Assembly: GCA_049511275.1 (NCBI GenBank) | Contig: JBEKYE010000001.1 | Coordinates: forward strand, 1-45,180 | DNA from: Bryobacteraceae bacterium | Lineage (GTDB): Bacteria > Acidobacteriota > Terriglobia > Bryobacterales > Bryobacteraceae | Length of the DNA stretch: 45,180 nt | Reading direction: 5' to 3' | Shown: piece by piece, positions 34,286 to 43,013 of the stretch | Layout: each line of letters starts with the position of its first letter | How positions within the stretch are numbered: position 1 is the first letter of the stretch | Translations under genes and position numbers: made by a program | Notes under the pieces: generated by a model | Told to the model about the DNA's origin: nothing | The model's input: the letters and a program-made list of their open reading frames with translations, nothing else | Databases searched by the model: none

Positions 34286-37200
34286 CTAAAAATAAAGGCG
34301 CAGCGAAAGTTGCAGGTTTCGTGCCAGGCCCGTCATGCTGGTCACTTTCCCGAACGTGGACGACGTTGGATTGTACTGCGGTCCGCTCCAGTTGGGGTGG
34401 TTCGGGAAATCAAAAGCCTCCGCGCGGAATTCGAACCCGGTCCGCTCGTTGATGGCGAACTTCTTATAGAGGCCGGCATTCCAGTCCTGAAAGCCCGGCG
34501 CGTAGATCTCGTCGCGAACGCCCGGCTGCAGGTTGAACGTGCCCGCGGGCGGCGCCGTGAACAGCGGCTGGCCGCTCGAATTCGTGACGGCGAAATACTG
34601 GTTCGGACTGGCAGCCCCGGCCCCTCCCGCGAATTGATGCGTGATCGTCGGAGTGCCGTTCAATACCCAGTACTCTCCGGCCGTATTGCCGCACCCAACG
34701 CTGCCGGTTTCTCCAACGCCGGCCACGTCGTTGCTGCCCATGACACCGCAAGGAGTTCCGGTCTGGAACTGCATGATGGCGCTCACCTGCCATCCACCAA
34801 GCAGTTTGGCGGCCCTGTTACTCCCGCTTCGGAAAAACGGCAGCGAGTAAATCACATTGATCACCGCCATCTGCCGCGTATCGAACTCCGAAGGTCCCCA
34901 CATATTCGTCGTGTTGTAGGTATCCGGAACGATGTCGCGGTAATTCGAATTGCCGTCCATGCTCTTGGACAGGGTATACGAAAAGCCGAATGCCAGACCG
35001 CTCGCCAGCCTGCGGTTCCAGGCGATCTGCAGCGCGTGATACATGGAAGTGGATACGTTCTCTTCCATCTGGATGGACGCGAATCCCGCGTAGGGTCGCA
35101 GGTAATTGGCATTAATGCCCGGATTGGCCTGCAGCGCCCCGGCTTGGGGCTGGTTGATGTCGAACGCCTCCGGCAAATGCAGCCCGCGGTGCCCCACATA
35201 CGCCACTTCCAGCGTAGACTTGCCGAAGAGTTCCCGCTGCACGGTGAAGTTCCAGTTCCAGGCCTCCGGCGGCCGGTTATTCCGCGCCAGCGTGGTGACG
35301 GTCAGGGGAGGTGTCGCCGTCCCGCCCAAGCTCGCTCCGGGATTGTCCACCGACACGTTGGCCACCGTCACGAACGGCTGAAATGGGGAATTCGCACCCG
35401 GAAAGATATTGTCCAGCAGGCCGAAACGCGTTAAAAACCGCCCCAGGCCGGTGCGGATCACGGTCTTCGAGTCGATCTGGTAAGCCACGCCCAGCCGCGG
35501 CTGGAACTGGTAATTGATTTGCCCGTAGTAGCTGGGCAGACCCTGGAACATGCTGTTATACGCCGAGCTGCACGCCTGCACTACGCCGTGCCCGCAGGCG
35601 TCGCTGGGCCAGCTGCTGCCTGGAATCACCATCCCATCGTAGAGATTCCCCGTGCCGTTAATCACGTTGCCGGTTTGCGGATTGATCTTGGGAGCCGTGC
35701 TCGCACTGTAAAGCGCCGGATCGAAAAACACCTGGTTGCCCCACAGGGCTTTGTAGGGAACCGTGATGGTCTGGCGTATCCCGTAAGTGACCGAAAGCTT
35801 CTGGCTTACCCTCCAGGCGTCCTGCGCGAACCATTCGTACAGGTAGCCGCGATAGATGGTGTAGGCGCGCTGTCCGATCTCGGTGTAGCTATCGGCCAGC
35901 CCCAGCGCCATATTGGCAATGCCCACGCCGGCCGTCGCACCCAGTCCCGACCGGGCGTCGGTAAACGTAAACGTGCCGTTCTGATTGTTGCTGCCGCCCG
36001 GCACGCTGCTTACGTTGATCTGGTCGCCGTCGTTCTCTCCCGACTTCTCGAAGTAGAACCCTGCCTTGAACGTGTGGTTTCTCCAAACCTTCGTCACGAT
36101 GTCGCCGGCCGTATAGATCGGGCCGGTGGAATGCGACGGGTATGGTCCGCCCGCCAGGCTGGAGAAGTTCGGAATGGTGACGGTGGGAATCTTGCTGGCT
36201 ATGTCTTTGCCCACCGGGAACAGGTAGGGATAATTGATGCCGAATGCGGTGTTCGCATTGAAACCCGGGGCGGATCGAATCACCGGGATATAAACGTCGT
36301 CGAGGCTGACCGTGATGCGCGCTTCATTGATCAGCGTCGGGCTGATGGTTCGCGTCCACGCCAACGAGCCAGCCTGGTTGGGACGGTTGAAGGCTTTGGG
36401 CGTCAGGCCCGAGCCTTGATCGAAGGGATCCAGCTCGTAGTAGGCCAGCGCGGTGCGGCGAAACTGTATGCGGTCCTTCGCGTCGGGCAGTATGTCGGAA
36501 TTGATGGTTTCCTTCCGCTGATTCTCCGGCTGCGAAGCCTGGGCGATCCAGTTCTGGTTGCCGTTCACTAATCCGTTGGGCGCCGGGTACGCGTTCATAA
36601 TGGCCATGCCGTTGTGGCTCAGCCGGGTCGTCGGAATGATGTTCCCCGGGAACGGCGTGCAACCTGCCGCGCCTACCGAGGGGCAGGTGTTGGGATCGTA
36701 TATCACTTCCGGCTTGCTGTAGAAGATGTTGGGGCCCAGCAACTCGCTGAAATTGCCCTGCCGCATCAGCGTCGTTGGGACTTCCAACGTCTGGGTCTGT
36801 CCGTTACGGTACCGCGACCACTCCTGCCCGACAAAAAAGAACATTTTCCCCTTTGGAAGGACATGCGGAATCCACACCGGGCCGCCCAAGGCACCACCGA
36901 AATCATTGAACCGGAATGGCGACTGAAAGTTTGTAAGCGTGCTCAGGTTGCGGCTCCAGGTGTTGGCGTTCAGGTCCGAATTCCTGAAATACTCGTACAA
37001 CCCTCCATGGAACTCCTGGCTGCCGCCCTTGGTGACAATCCGAATCTGTCCTCCGGCCGCCCGCCCGTACTCCGCGGCATAGTCGGCCGTCAGAACCTGC
37101 ACTTCCTGCGTGGAATCCTGGTCCACCACGCCGATGCTGGTTCCGTTGGCGCGCGTGCGCAGCGCGGGAGCGCCGTCGAACAGGATCTGCGTGTCCGGGG

Positions 37201-37768
37201 AACGCGCGCCATTGACGGCGTAACCGCCGCTAGTCAGACTGAAGCTGAAATCGCCGGCCGTCGAGCCGCTGCGTACACCCGGCAGCATCGACGCCAGGAA
37301 GAGTGGATCGCGGCCATTCAGCTCCAACGAGTCGATCTGCGCCCTGGTGATGTCTCGCTCCACCGAAGCCGACTCTGTCTGCAGAGCCGTCGCTGTACTG
37401 GTCACCTCCACCGTCTCGGTGGCGCTGCCGATCGTAAGCGCTGCGTCCAGAGAGAGCGCCGTATCCGCGTTGAGTTTATTGTGAGTGCTATTGAATTTCT
37501 TGAATCCGGTGGCCTCCGCCATCACCGTATATAAACCGGGCTGCAGGTTGGGCACGGTATAGTAGCCGGAGTCGTTGGCGGTGATCACGTGTTCTTCGCC
37601 GGTAGCTTCGTTCTTTGCAACGATTTTCGCCTTTGGGACCACTCTTCCGGATGGATCTTTCACATATCCGCTGATTGATCCGTAATCCGATTGCGCATAT
37701 GCGGCAATGGACAAAAGGAAAAGCGCGGCAAGCGCCAGTAACGTCTTGGACGATCGAAACAGGCTCAT
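34286..37768 (-). CDS. TonB-dependent outer-membrane receptor with N-terminal carboxypeptidase-regulatory-like domain
   Basis: About 1160 aa. It has a signal peptide, 'GSISGYVKDPSGRVVPKAKIVAKNEATGE...GYYTVPNLQPGLYTV', and a C-terminal beta-barrel ending in F. ATG at 37768 has GAGAGG 5 nt upstream. The track start is GTG at 37774. Confidence 0.85.
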   Translation of the reverse strand: MSLFRSSKTLLALAALFLLSIAAYAQSDYGSISGYVKDPSGRVVPKAKIVAKNEATGEEHVITANDSGYYTVPNLQPGLYTVMAEATGFKKFNSTHNKLNADTALSLDAALTIGSATETVEVTSTATALQTESASVERDITRAQIDSLELNGRDPLFLASMLPGVRSGSTAGDFSFSLTSGGYAVNGARSPDTQILFDGAPALRTRANGTSIGVVDQDSTQEVQVLTADYAAEYGRAAGGQIRIVTKGGSQEFHGGLYEYFRNSDLNANTWSRNLSTLTNFQSPFRFNDFGGALGGPVWIPHVLPKGKMFFFVGQEWSRYRNGQTQTLEVPTTLMRQGNFSELLGPNIFYSKPEVIYDPNTCPSVGAAGCTPFPGNIIPTTRLSHNGMAIMNAYPAPNGLVNGNQNWIAQASQPENQRKETINSDILPDAKDRIQFRRTALAYYELDPFDQGSGLTPKAFNRPNQAGSLAWTRTISPTLINEARITVSLDDVYIPVIRSAPGFNANTAFGINYPYLFPVGKDIASKIPTVTIPNFSSLAGGPYPSHSTGPIYTAGDIVTKVWRNHTFKAGFYFEKSGENDGDQINVSSVPGGSNNQNGTFTFTDARSGLGATAGVGIANMALGLADSYTEIGQRAYTIYRGYLYEWFAQDAWRVSQKLSVTYGIRQTITVPYKALWGNQVFFDPALYSASTAPKINPQTGNVINGTGNLYDGMVIPGSSWPSDACGHGVVQACSSAYNSMFQGLPSYYGQINYQFQPRLGVAYQIDSKTVIRTGLGRFLTRFGLLDNIFPGANSPFQPFVTVANVSVDNPGASLGGTATPPLTVTTLARNNRPPEAWNWNFTVQRELFGKSTLEVAYVGHRGLHLPEAFDINQPQAGALQANPGINANYLRPYAGFASIQMEENVSTSMYHALQIAWNRRLASGLAFGFSYTLSKSMDGNSNYRDIVPDTYNTTNMWGPSEFDTRQMAVINVIYSLPFFRSGSNRAAKLLGGWQVSAIMQFQTGTPCGVMGSNDVAGVGETGSVGCGNTAGEYWVLNGTPTITHQFAGGAGAASPNQYFAVTNSSGQPLFTAPPAGTFNLQPGVRDEIYAPGFQDWNAGLYKKFAINERTGFEFRAEAFDFPNHPNWSGPQYNPTSSTFGKVTSMTGLARNLQLSLRLYF

Positions 37769-37863
37769 AGACACCTCTCACTTGGAAGTTGAAAACAAAG
37801 CACTGTCAGCCGGTTGGCCGAGCATAAGACCCGATAGCAATCACTTACAACCCTGAGAGGAAA

Positions 37864-37892
37864 ATGATAGATCGCCCCGTGGAGTGTGTCAA
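37864..37892 (-). promoter_or_regulatory. Candidate sigma70-type promoter for the TonB-dependent receptor (TTGACA-17 nt-TATCAT on minus strand)
   Basis: -35 at 37887-37892 and -10 at 37864-37869, with the spacer counted by hand. It lies about 95 nt upstream of the ATG. Confidence 0.4.
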
Positions 37893-38150
37893 TAGAAATC
37901 TCTCTTCGACCAGCCATTCCGAGCGACTCCAGCGGCGCAAGAACCAACCAACTTTGCCGCCGCCGCGTGCGTAAGTACCTGGACGTATCTCATTTCAAAC
38001 GATTTCTAGGGCACGTCGTCCCCACCATCCCAAAATCTTCTCGGAACCGGTCAGCCGGAACGTCGGATCTTGCGAGAGCCGTGCTATACCGCCGGTCGTC
38101 AACATATTGTCATCATCGTATCGATGGTCTAACCGGTCCAACCTGCATTT

Positions 38151-38276
38151 GTGGCGCACGCACTCGCGCGTGCCGCGTCGGCACTCTTGCCGACGCCCGG
38201 TCTCCCGACAGACTGTCCGTCCCCACCAGGGTGTCGAGAAGAGTCTCGACACGCCACGCACGAGTGCATGCGCCAC
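38151..38276. repeat. Head-to-head pair of family-A repeats (A3 + strand 38151-38200; A4 - strand 38233-38276)
   Basis: The outer 30 nt of the two arms are reverse complements at 26/30 positions. Each arm carries its own inner hairpin (GTCGGCA-ctct-TGCCGAC and GTCGAGA-agag-TCTCGAC). Confidence 0.75.
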
Positions 38277-38422
38277 TTCCTCGGGCCCCGTGTGAGAAAT
38301 GCGCGCTGATTCTCTCCCAAGGCGCCTTCAGACCGGCGGAAATGCCCCCTCAGCCAACACTTGGAGCTGACGCTTGGCTGGAAGGGCCCGGGTCGAGCCT
38401 GATGTGTGTGAAAGCCCCGCCT

Positions 38423-39565
38423 TCATCGCAGGCGAAGCGCATCGCAATTCGGCAAATGGAACCGGGGATTGCAGCGCGCGATCTCGCCCCTCGGGAAACT
38501 CACCGAGAACCCGCTCCAGGACGCCTTCTCATCGAAGGGATAATCGGTGCTCACGATCTGCGCCCCGCTCGCCATCGCCGCATCTCTCTGCCTGGTATCT
38601 CCACTGCGGGCCTCCACCGTGTCGGCATCCGTCCTGGTGCGAACCAAATATCCCTTCCGCACCAGGCTCGGAATCAGCGCCGGATCTTTCAGCGGGTCGT
38701 TGACTTCCACAAACGCCGCATCCGGCGAACCTGGCTCCGCATTGGTAAAAATCAGGCGCCCCTGCAACGACCGATGGCCCGCTAAATAGTCTGGGCCCGC
38801 TTTGCGCTGATCGAGCAGGAACACCACCTTGCCCCGGGCCGATTCAAGACTCGGCCACTCACCCGCCAGAACCGCTTCTTCGAGCGTCGCGTGCTTTCCG
38901 CGAACATCGTCGGGAACGATCATTCTGCCCGCGTCAAAAACGGAGCGAATATCTCTGTCGAGGGCATCGAAGACCCTTGGCGCAAACATCTCCGGTTCCA
39001 CCTGAAAGTCCGGACGGCCCCACCCTTCCTTGGTTTCAATCAATACGAAGATTGGCAAGTGTCCCGGATGCGCTTTCGACCAACTCAAAATCACTGCGAG
39101 GCATGCGGTAAACGGCTGGCAGTTACTGCGATAGTCGATGTCCTGCTCGTGCATCACCTTGAATCCCGGCTTCTGAAACAGCCCTTCGGGATCGAATGGC
39201 GGATCCGCGGGCAACCCCATTTCGGAAACGAATTTGAGATTCGCCGGATGCGCGTAGCGGCCACCTTCCACGTCGGCGTAGATGTCGATCTCCACTTGCC
39301 GCACGCCGTTTGAAAGCTGCACATCGAGCGCTGGATGCCGGTAATCGAGCGCAGCGGCTGATTTCGGATCCATCTTCTGCAACCACGCCGTCTCGCTGGG
39401 TGCGAGGCCGGCGTGATAGCTGTTATGACTGCCAATCACCTGAATCTGATTCAGGCGAACCTGCGCTTCGGACGCCGCGCAGAGAAGAACAAGAAACAGA
39501 AAGCGTGAAATTCGTGCGGCAAAACTCCATCGCGGGGTCGAAATGATCCTTACTGACATTGGCAA
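38423..39565 (-). CDS. PLC-like phosphodiesterase (Ca2+-dependent PI-specific phospholipase C-like), secreted
   Basis: 380 aa with a signal peptide. 'VIGSHNSYHAGL' and 'VRQVEIDIYAD' resemble the PI-PLC-C1 type catalytic region. Family assignment is from memory. Confidence 0.55.
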   Translation of the reverse strand: MPMSVRIISTPRWSFAARISRFLFLVLLCAASEAQVRLNQIQVIGSHNSYHAGLAPSETAWLQKMDPKSAAALDYRHPALDVQLSNGVRQVEIDIYADVEGGRYAHPANLKFVSEMGLPADPPFDPEGLFQKPGFKVMHEQDIDYRSNCQPFTACLAVILSWSKAHPGHLPIFVLIETKEGWGRPDFQVEPEMFAPRVFDALDRDIRSVFDAGRMIVPDDVRGKHATLEEAVLAGEWPSLESARGKVVFLLDQRKAGPDYLAGHRSLQGRLIFTNAEPGSPDAAFVEVNDPLKDPALIPSLVRKGYLVRTRTDADTVEARSGDTRQRDAAMASGAQIVSTDYPFDEKASWSGFSVSFPRGEIARCNPRFHLPNCDALRLR

Positions 39566-39755
39566 GTTGTTGATCCCACCTTCCGGTCTCCCCGCATTTT
39601 AAACCAAACCGCCGGCTCTTGATCCTCTGAAGCGTTGTTTTTTGGGAGTCGTCTCCGCCCGGCTCAGTCCTGCATTTTTCTGAAGGCGCCGGCGGGAGTC
39701 GAAGAGACGGCAGGCGACTTCGATGGCGTTGTGTTTCCGCCGGCGGTGTGCTTGA

Positions 39756-41858
39756 GTGATTAACATGAGACGCCGTAACTTTATTGGCAATCTGCTGGCG
39801 GCGGGGGCTTGCCGGGCATTTGCTCCGGGAGGTGCGCCGGCCGGTCAGGTTTCCGAATCGCTCGCGCCGGACGCCGCCGTGAAGCGAGTCCTAGTCATGT
39901 TCAAGTGCCACTTGGACGTGGGGTTCGTCGACACGCAAGCCAATGTTGTGCGGAAGTATTTCGAACAGTATTTTCCGCTGGCCATGAAGACGGCGGCTGC
40001 GATCCGCCATGAGGGAGACGATCGTTATGTCTGGACTACCGGCTCCTGGCTGATATCCGAGTATCTCGAGAAGGCCGGCGGGCCGCAGCGGCGGGCAATG
40101 GAGGAGGCGATTGTATCCGGGGACATCGCGTGGCACGCAATCCCGTTCACCTGGCAGACGGAGCTTATGGACCCAGCCCTGATCGCCGGGGCCCTGGGTT
40201 TCTCGCGAACGCTGGACGGCCGGTTCCAGCGCACCACTACCGGCGCCAAAATGACGGACGTGCCCGGACACACGCGCGCCATCATCGGCCCGCTCGCCGA
40301 ACACGGAGTGAAGTTGCTGGATATCGGCGTGAATTCAGCGAGTACCCCCGCGGACGTTCCGCCGGTCTTTCTGTGGAAGAATCCGGGCGGCAGCGGGCTG
40401 GTGGTGATGTATCATCCTCGCGATTACGGCGGGGTCGTCAAGGTTCCCGGATCGGACCTGGCGGTGGATGTGGAAGTCCGGGACGACAACAGCGGCCCTC
40501 ATTCCATCGAGGAAATTCGCAGGATCTATTCCGGCCTGCGGGCGCGGTTTCCCAATGCGCGGGTGACTGCCTGCAATCTCACCGATATTGCCAACGCCGT
40601 CGAACCATACCGCGGGGAGTTGCCGGTGGTGACCCAGGAAATCGGCGATACCTGGATTTACGGCGTGTCCAGCGATCCGCTCAAGGTGGCGCGTTACCGG
40701 GAAATGGCGCGCCTTCGGGGAGAATGGATTGCGAACGGCAAGTTTCATGCGGGGGATGCGGGCGATCGCGCATTCCTGAGCAGTTTTCTTCTGGAAGTGG
40801 AGCACACCTGGGGCACCGATACCAAGACCTGGCTGGACTTCGACCACTACACGCCGCGAGATCTGGCGCAGATGCTGGATCAGCCTAAGTACAAAGTGGT
40901 GGTGTCCAGTTGGGCCGAGAAGCGGCAGGATCTGCTGGATGCAATCGCCACGCTGCCGGCGCCGCTGCGCGCCGAGGCCACCGGGCGCATACGCGGACTC
41001 GATCCATCCGAACCTGGAACCGCCGGGTTGCGGCAGCATCGCGCCGCCGATCCGATCGAAACCAGGCATTTTGTGATCGCCCTCGATCCGCAAACGGGCG
41101 CGATCTGCCGGTTGCACGTCAAGAAGACCGGGAGCGATTGGGCATCCACACGCCAACCGCTCGCCTTGTTTTCCTACCAGACACTTTCGAAAAGCGATTA
41201 CGACCGCTTCTTCGTGGAATATCTGAAGAGCAAGGCAGACTGGGCGCCGAAGGATTTCGGCAAACCCAATATCGAGCGTTTCGGCGCGCAGAGCCGCACC
41301 TGGCTGCCGGCGCTTGTGGAGTGCCGGCACTCGAGCGACGCGAGCGGCCACAGAATACTGGCGCGGCTAAAGATCGAGGATGCCGAAGGGGAGAAATCGG
41401 GCAGGACCGCATGGCCGGAGAAGATGTACCTGGAATTGCATCTGCCCGACGCCGAACCGGCGGTGGAGATCCGTTTCTCGTGGTTTGGAAAGACCGCCAA
41501 CCGCATGCCGGAAGCGCTTTGGCTCAGCTTCCAACCGTTGGCCTCCGACACCCGCGGCTGGCTGCTGGACAAGGCGGGCAGTTCCATTTCCCCCTTCGAT
41601 GTGGTAACGGGAGGCAACCGGGCGATGCACGCGGTTCTTGGCGGGCTCCGCTACCAGGGCCCCGAAGGCGCCCTGGGCATAGAGACGCTGGATGCGCCGG
41701 TAGTCGCTCTGGGCGAGAAGTTGCCGGTGTACTTTACAAGAGGCCAGCCCGATCTCGCGAAAGGCTTCCACTTCAGCCTCTTCAACAATGGCTGGGGGAC
41801 CAATTATATTCAGTGGTTCGGCGAAGATATGCGATTCCGGTTTCGGATTGTAGGGTGA
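39756..41858 (+). CDS. GH38-like (DUF5054-type) putative glycoside hydrolase with Tat leader
   Basis: 700 aa. It has the 'MRRRNFIGNLLAAGA' twin-arginine leader and 'VLVMFKCHLDVGFVD' near the N-terminus, as in GH38-N-like/DUF5054 proteins. Confidence 0.5.
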   Translation: MINMRRRNFIGNLLAAGACRAFAPGGAPAGQVSESLAPDAAVKRVLVMFKCHLDVGFVDTQANVVRKYFEQYFPLAMKTAAAIRHEGDDRYVWTTGSWLISEYLEKAGGPQRRAMEEAIVSGDIAWHAIPFTWQTELMDPALIAGALGFSRTLDGRFQRTTTGAKMTDVPGHTRAIIGPLAEHGVKLLDIGVNSASTPADVPPVFLWKNPGGSGLVVMYHPRDYGGVVKVPGSDLAVDVEVRDDNSGPHSIEEIRRIYSGLRARFPNARVTACNLTDIANAVEPYRGELPVVTQEIGDTWIYGVSSDPLKVARYREMARLRGEWIANGKFHAGDAGDRAFLSSFLLEVEHTWGTDTKTWLDFDHYTPRDLAQMLDQPKYKVVVSSWAEKRQDLLDAIATLPAPLRAEATGRIRGLDPSEPGTAGLRQHRAADPIETRHFVIALDPQTGAICRLHVKKTGSDWASTRQPLALFSYQTLSKSDYDRFFVEYLKSKADWAPKDFGKPNIERFGAQSRTWLPALVECRHSSDASGHRILARLKIEDAEGEKSGRTAWPEKMYLELHLPDAEPAVEIRFSWFGKTANRMPEALWLSFQPLASDTRGWLLDKAGSSISPFDVVTGGNRAMHAVLGGLRYQGPEGALGIETLDAPVVALGEKLPVYFTRGQPDLAKGFHFSLFNNGWGTNYIQWFGEDMRFRFRIVG

Positions 41859-42029
41859 AACCTGGAGATCGTACGATATGCGGGGGAACGAGGAACGGTG
41901 CGGGATGTCCACCGGCCGCCGGTAACCGGCCGGCTGCTGGATGCGCCATTTACTTGAAGCGCACCCGTTTATTTTCAGAATTGCTCCGTCCAACTGCGTT
42001 AGGGCGGAATCCGGGCTGAAAGGGAGACC

Positions 42030-42983
42030 ATGGAAATTACCAGACGAGATTTTGGAAAGATCGCGATGGCGTCTGCGCCACTTTGCAGGGCGTCTGCCGC
42101 GAAGAGGATCGATTCGAAGTTCGGAGGCGTTCAGATCGGCGCCATCACCTACAGCTTTAATCGAATCGCCAGCCCCGACCCCGAAGCCATCGTCAGGGCA
42201 TATGTCGAGATCGGGCTGGGCGAGGCCGAGCTGATGTCGAACCATTGCGAAGCATTGGCGGGCGCCCCGGCAATGCCGGTGTTCGGCCGCGGCGGCCGTG
42301 CGCCGCTGGCGCCCGAGCAACAGGCCGAGAGGCAGACCGCGATGGACAAGGTCGCGCAATGGCGCGCCTCGGCGAATGCCCATACCTGGAAGGCCGTCGC
42401 CAACAAATTCAACCACGTCGGCGTCGACGTTGCCCTGCTCTGCTACAACATGCAGGACAGCATGAAAGACGAGGATATCGAGTACGGGTTCAGCATGGCC
42501 AAAGGTCTCGGCGTGAAGGCGATCACGACGAGCACGACCCTCACCATGGCGAAGCGCATCGCGCCGGTGGCGGACAAGCATAAACTGATGGTGGGGTACC
42601 ACGGGCACGACGCCACCAACGACCCCAACCAGACGGCCACCCTGGAGAGCTACGCCACGCTGCTGGGGTACGGCAAATACAACGGCATCAACCTCGATAT
42701 CGGCCACTTCACCGCAGCCGGGTACGACGCCGTAGCGTTCATCCAGCAGCACCACGATAAGATCACCAACCTGCACGTCAAGGATCGCAAGAAAAACCAT
42801 GGCCCCAATGTGGCCGTCTGGGGCACGGGTGATACCCCCATAAGGGAGGTGTTGCAGCTACTTAAGAAGGAGAAATACGGCTTCCCGGCGAATCTGGAGC
42901 TGGAATATCCGATCCCGGCTGATTCGGACATTATTGCCGAGGCGAAGAAGTGCCTGGCTTATGTGAAGAGCTGTCTGGCGTAG
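42030..42983 (+). CDS. Xylose-isomerase-like TIM-barrel protein with Tat leader
   Basis: 317 aa with the 'MEITRRDFGKIAMASAP' leader. 'GYHGHD', 'DIGHF' and 'HVKDRK' are typical family motifs. Confidence 0.7.
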   Translation: MEITRRDFGKIAMASAPLCRASAAKRIDSKFGGVQIGAITYSFNRIASPDPEAIVRAYVEIGLGEAELMSNHCEALAGAPAMPVFGRGGRAPLAPEQQAERQTAMDKVAQWRASANAHTWKAVANKFNHVGVDVALLCYNMQDSMKDEDIEYGFSMAKGLGVKAITTSTTLTMAKRIAPVADKHKLMVGYHGHDATNDPNQTATLESYATLLGYGKYNGINLDIGHFTAAGYDAVAFIQQHHDKITNLHVKDRKKNHGPNVAVWGTGDTPIREVLQLLKKEKYGFPANLELEYPIPADSDIIAEAKKCLAYVKSCLA

Positions 42984-43013
42984 TCCGCGGATTACGGATT
43001 CGAGGAGATTGCG

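Noticed and set aside
38043-38064. ECF-sigma-like GGAAC...CGTC pair near the TonB-dependent receptor.
   Set aside because: The spacer is only 13 nt, against the usual 16-17. It is also on the + strand, pointing away from the receptor gene.
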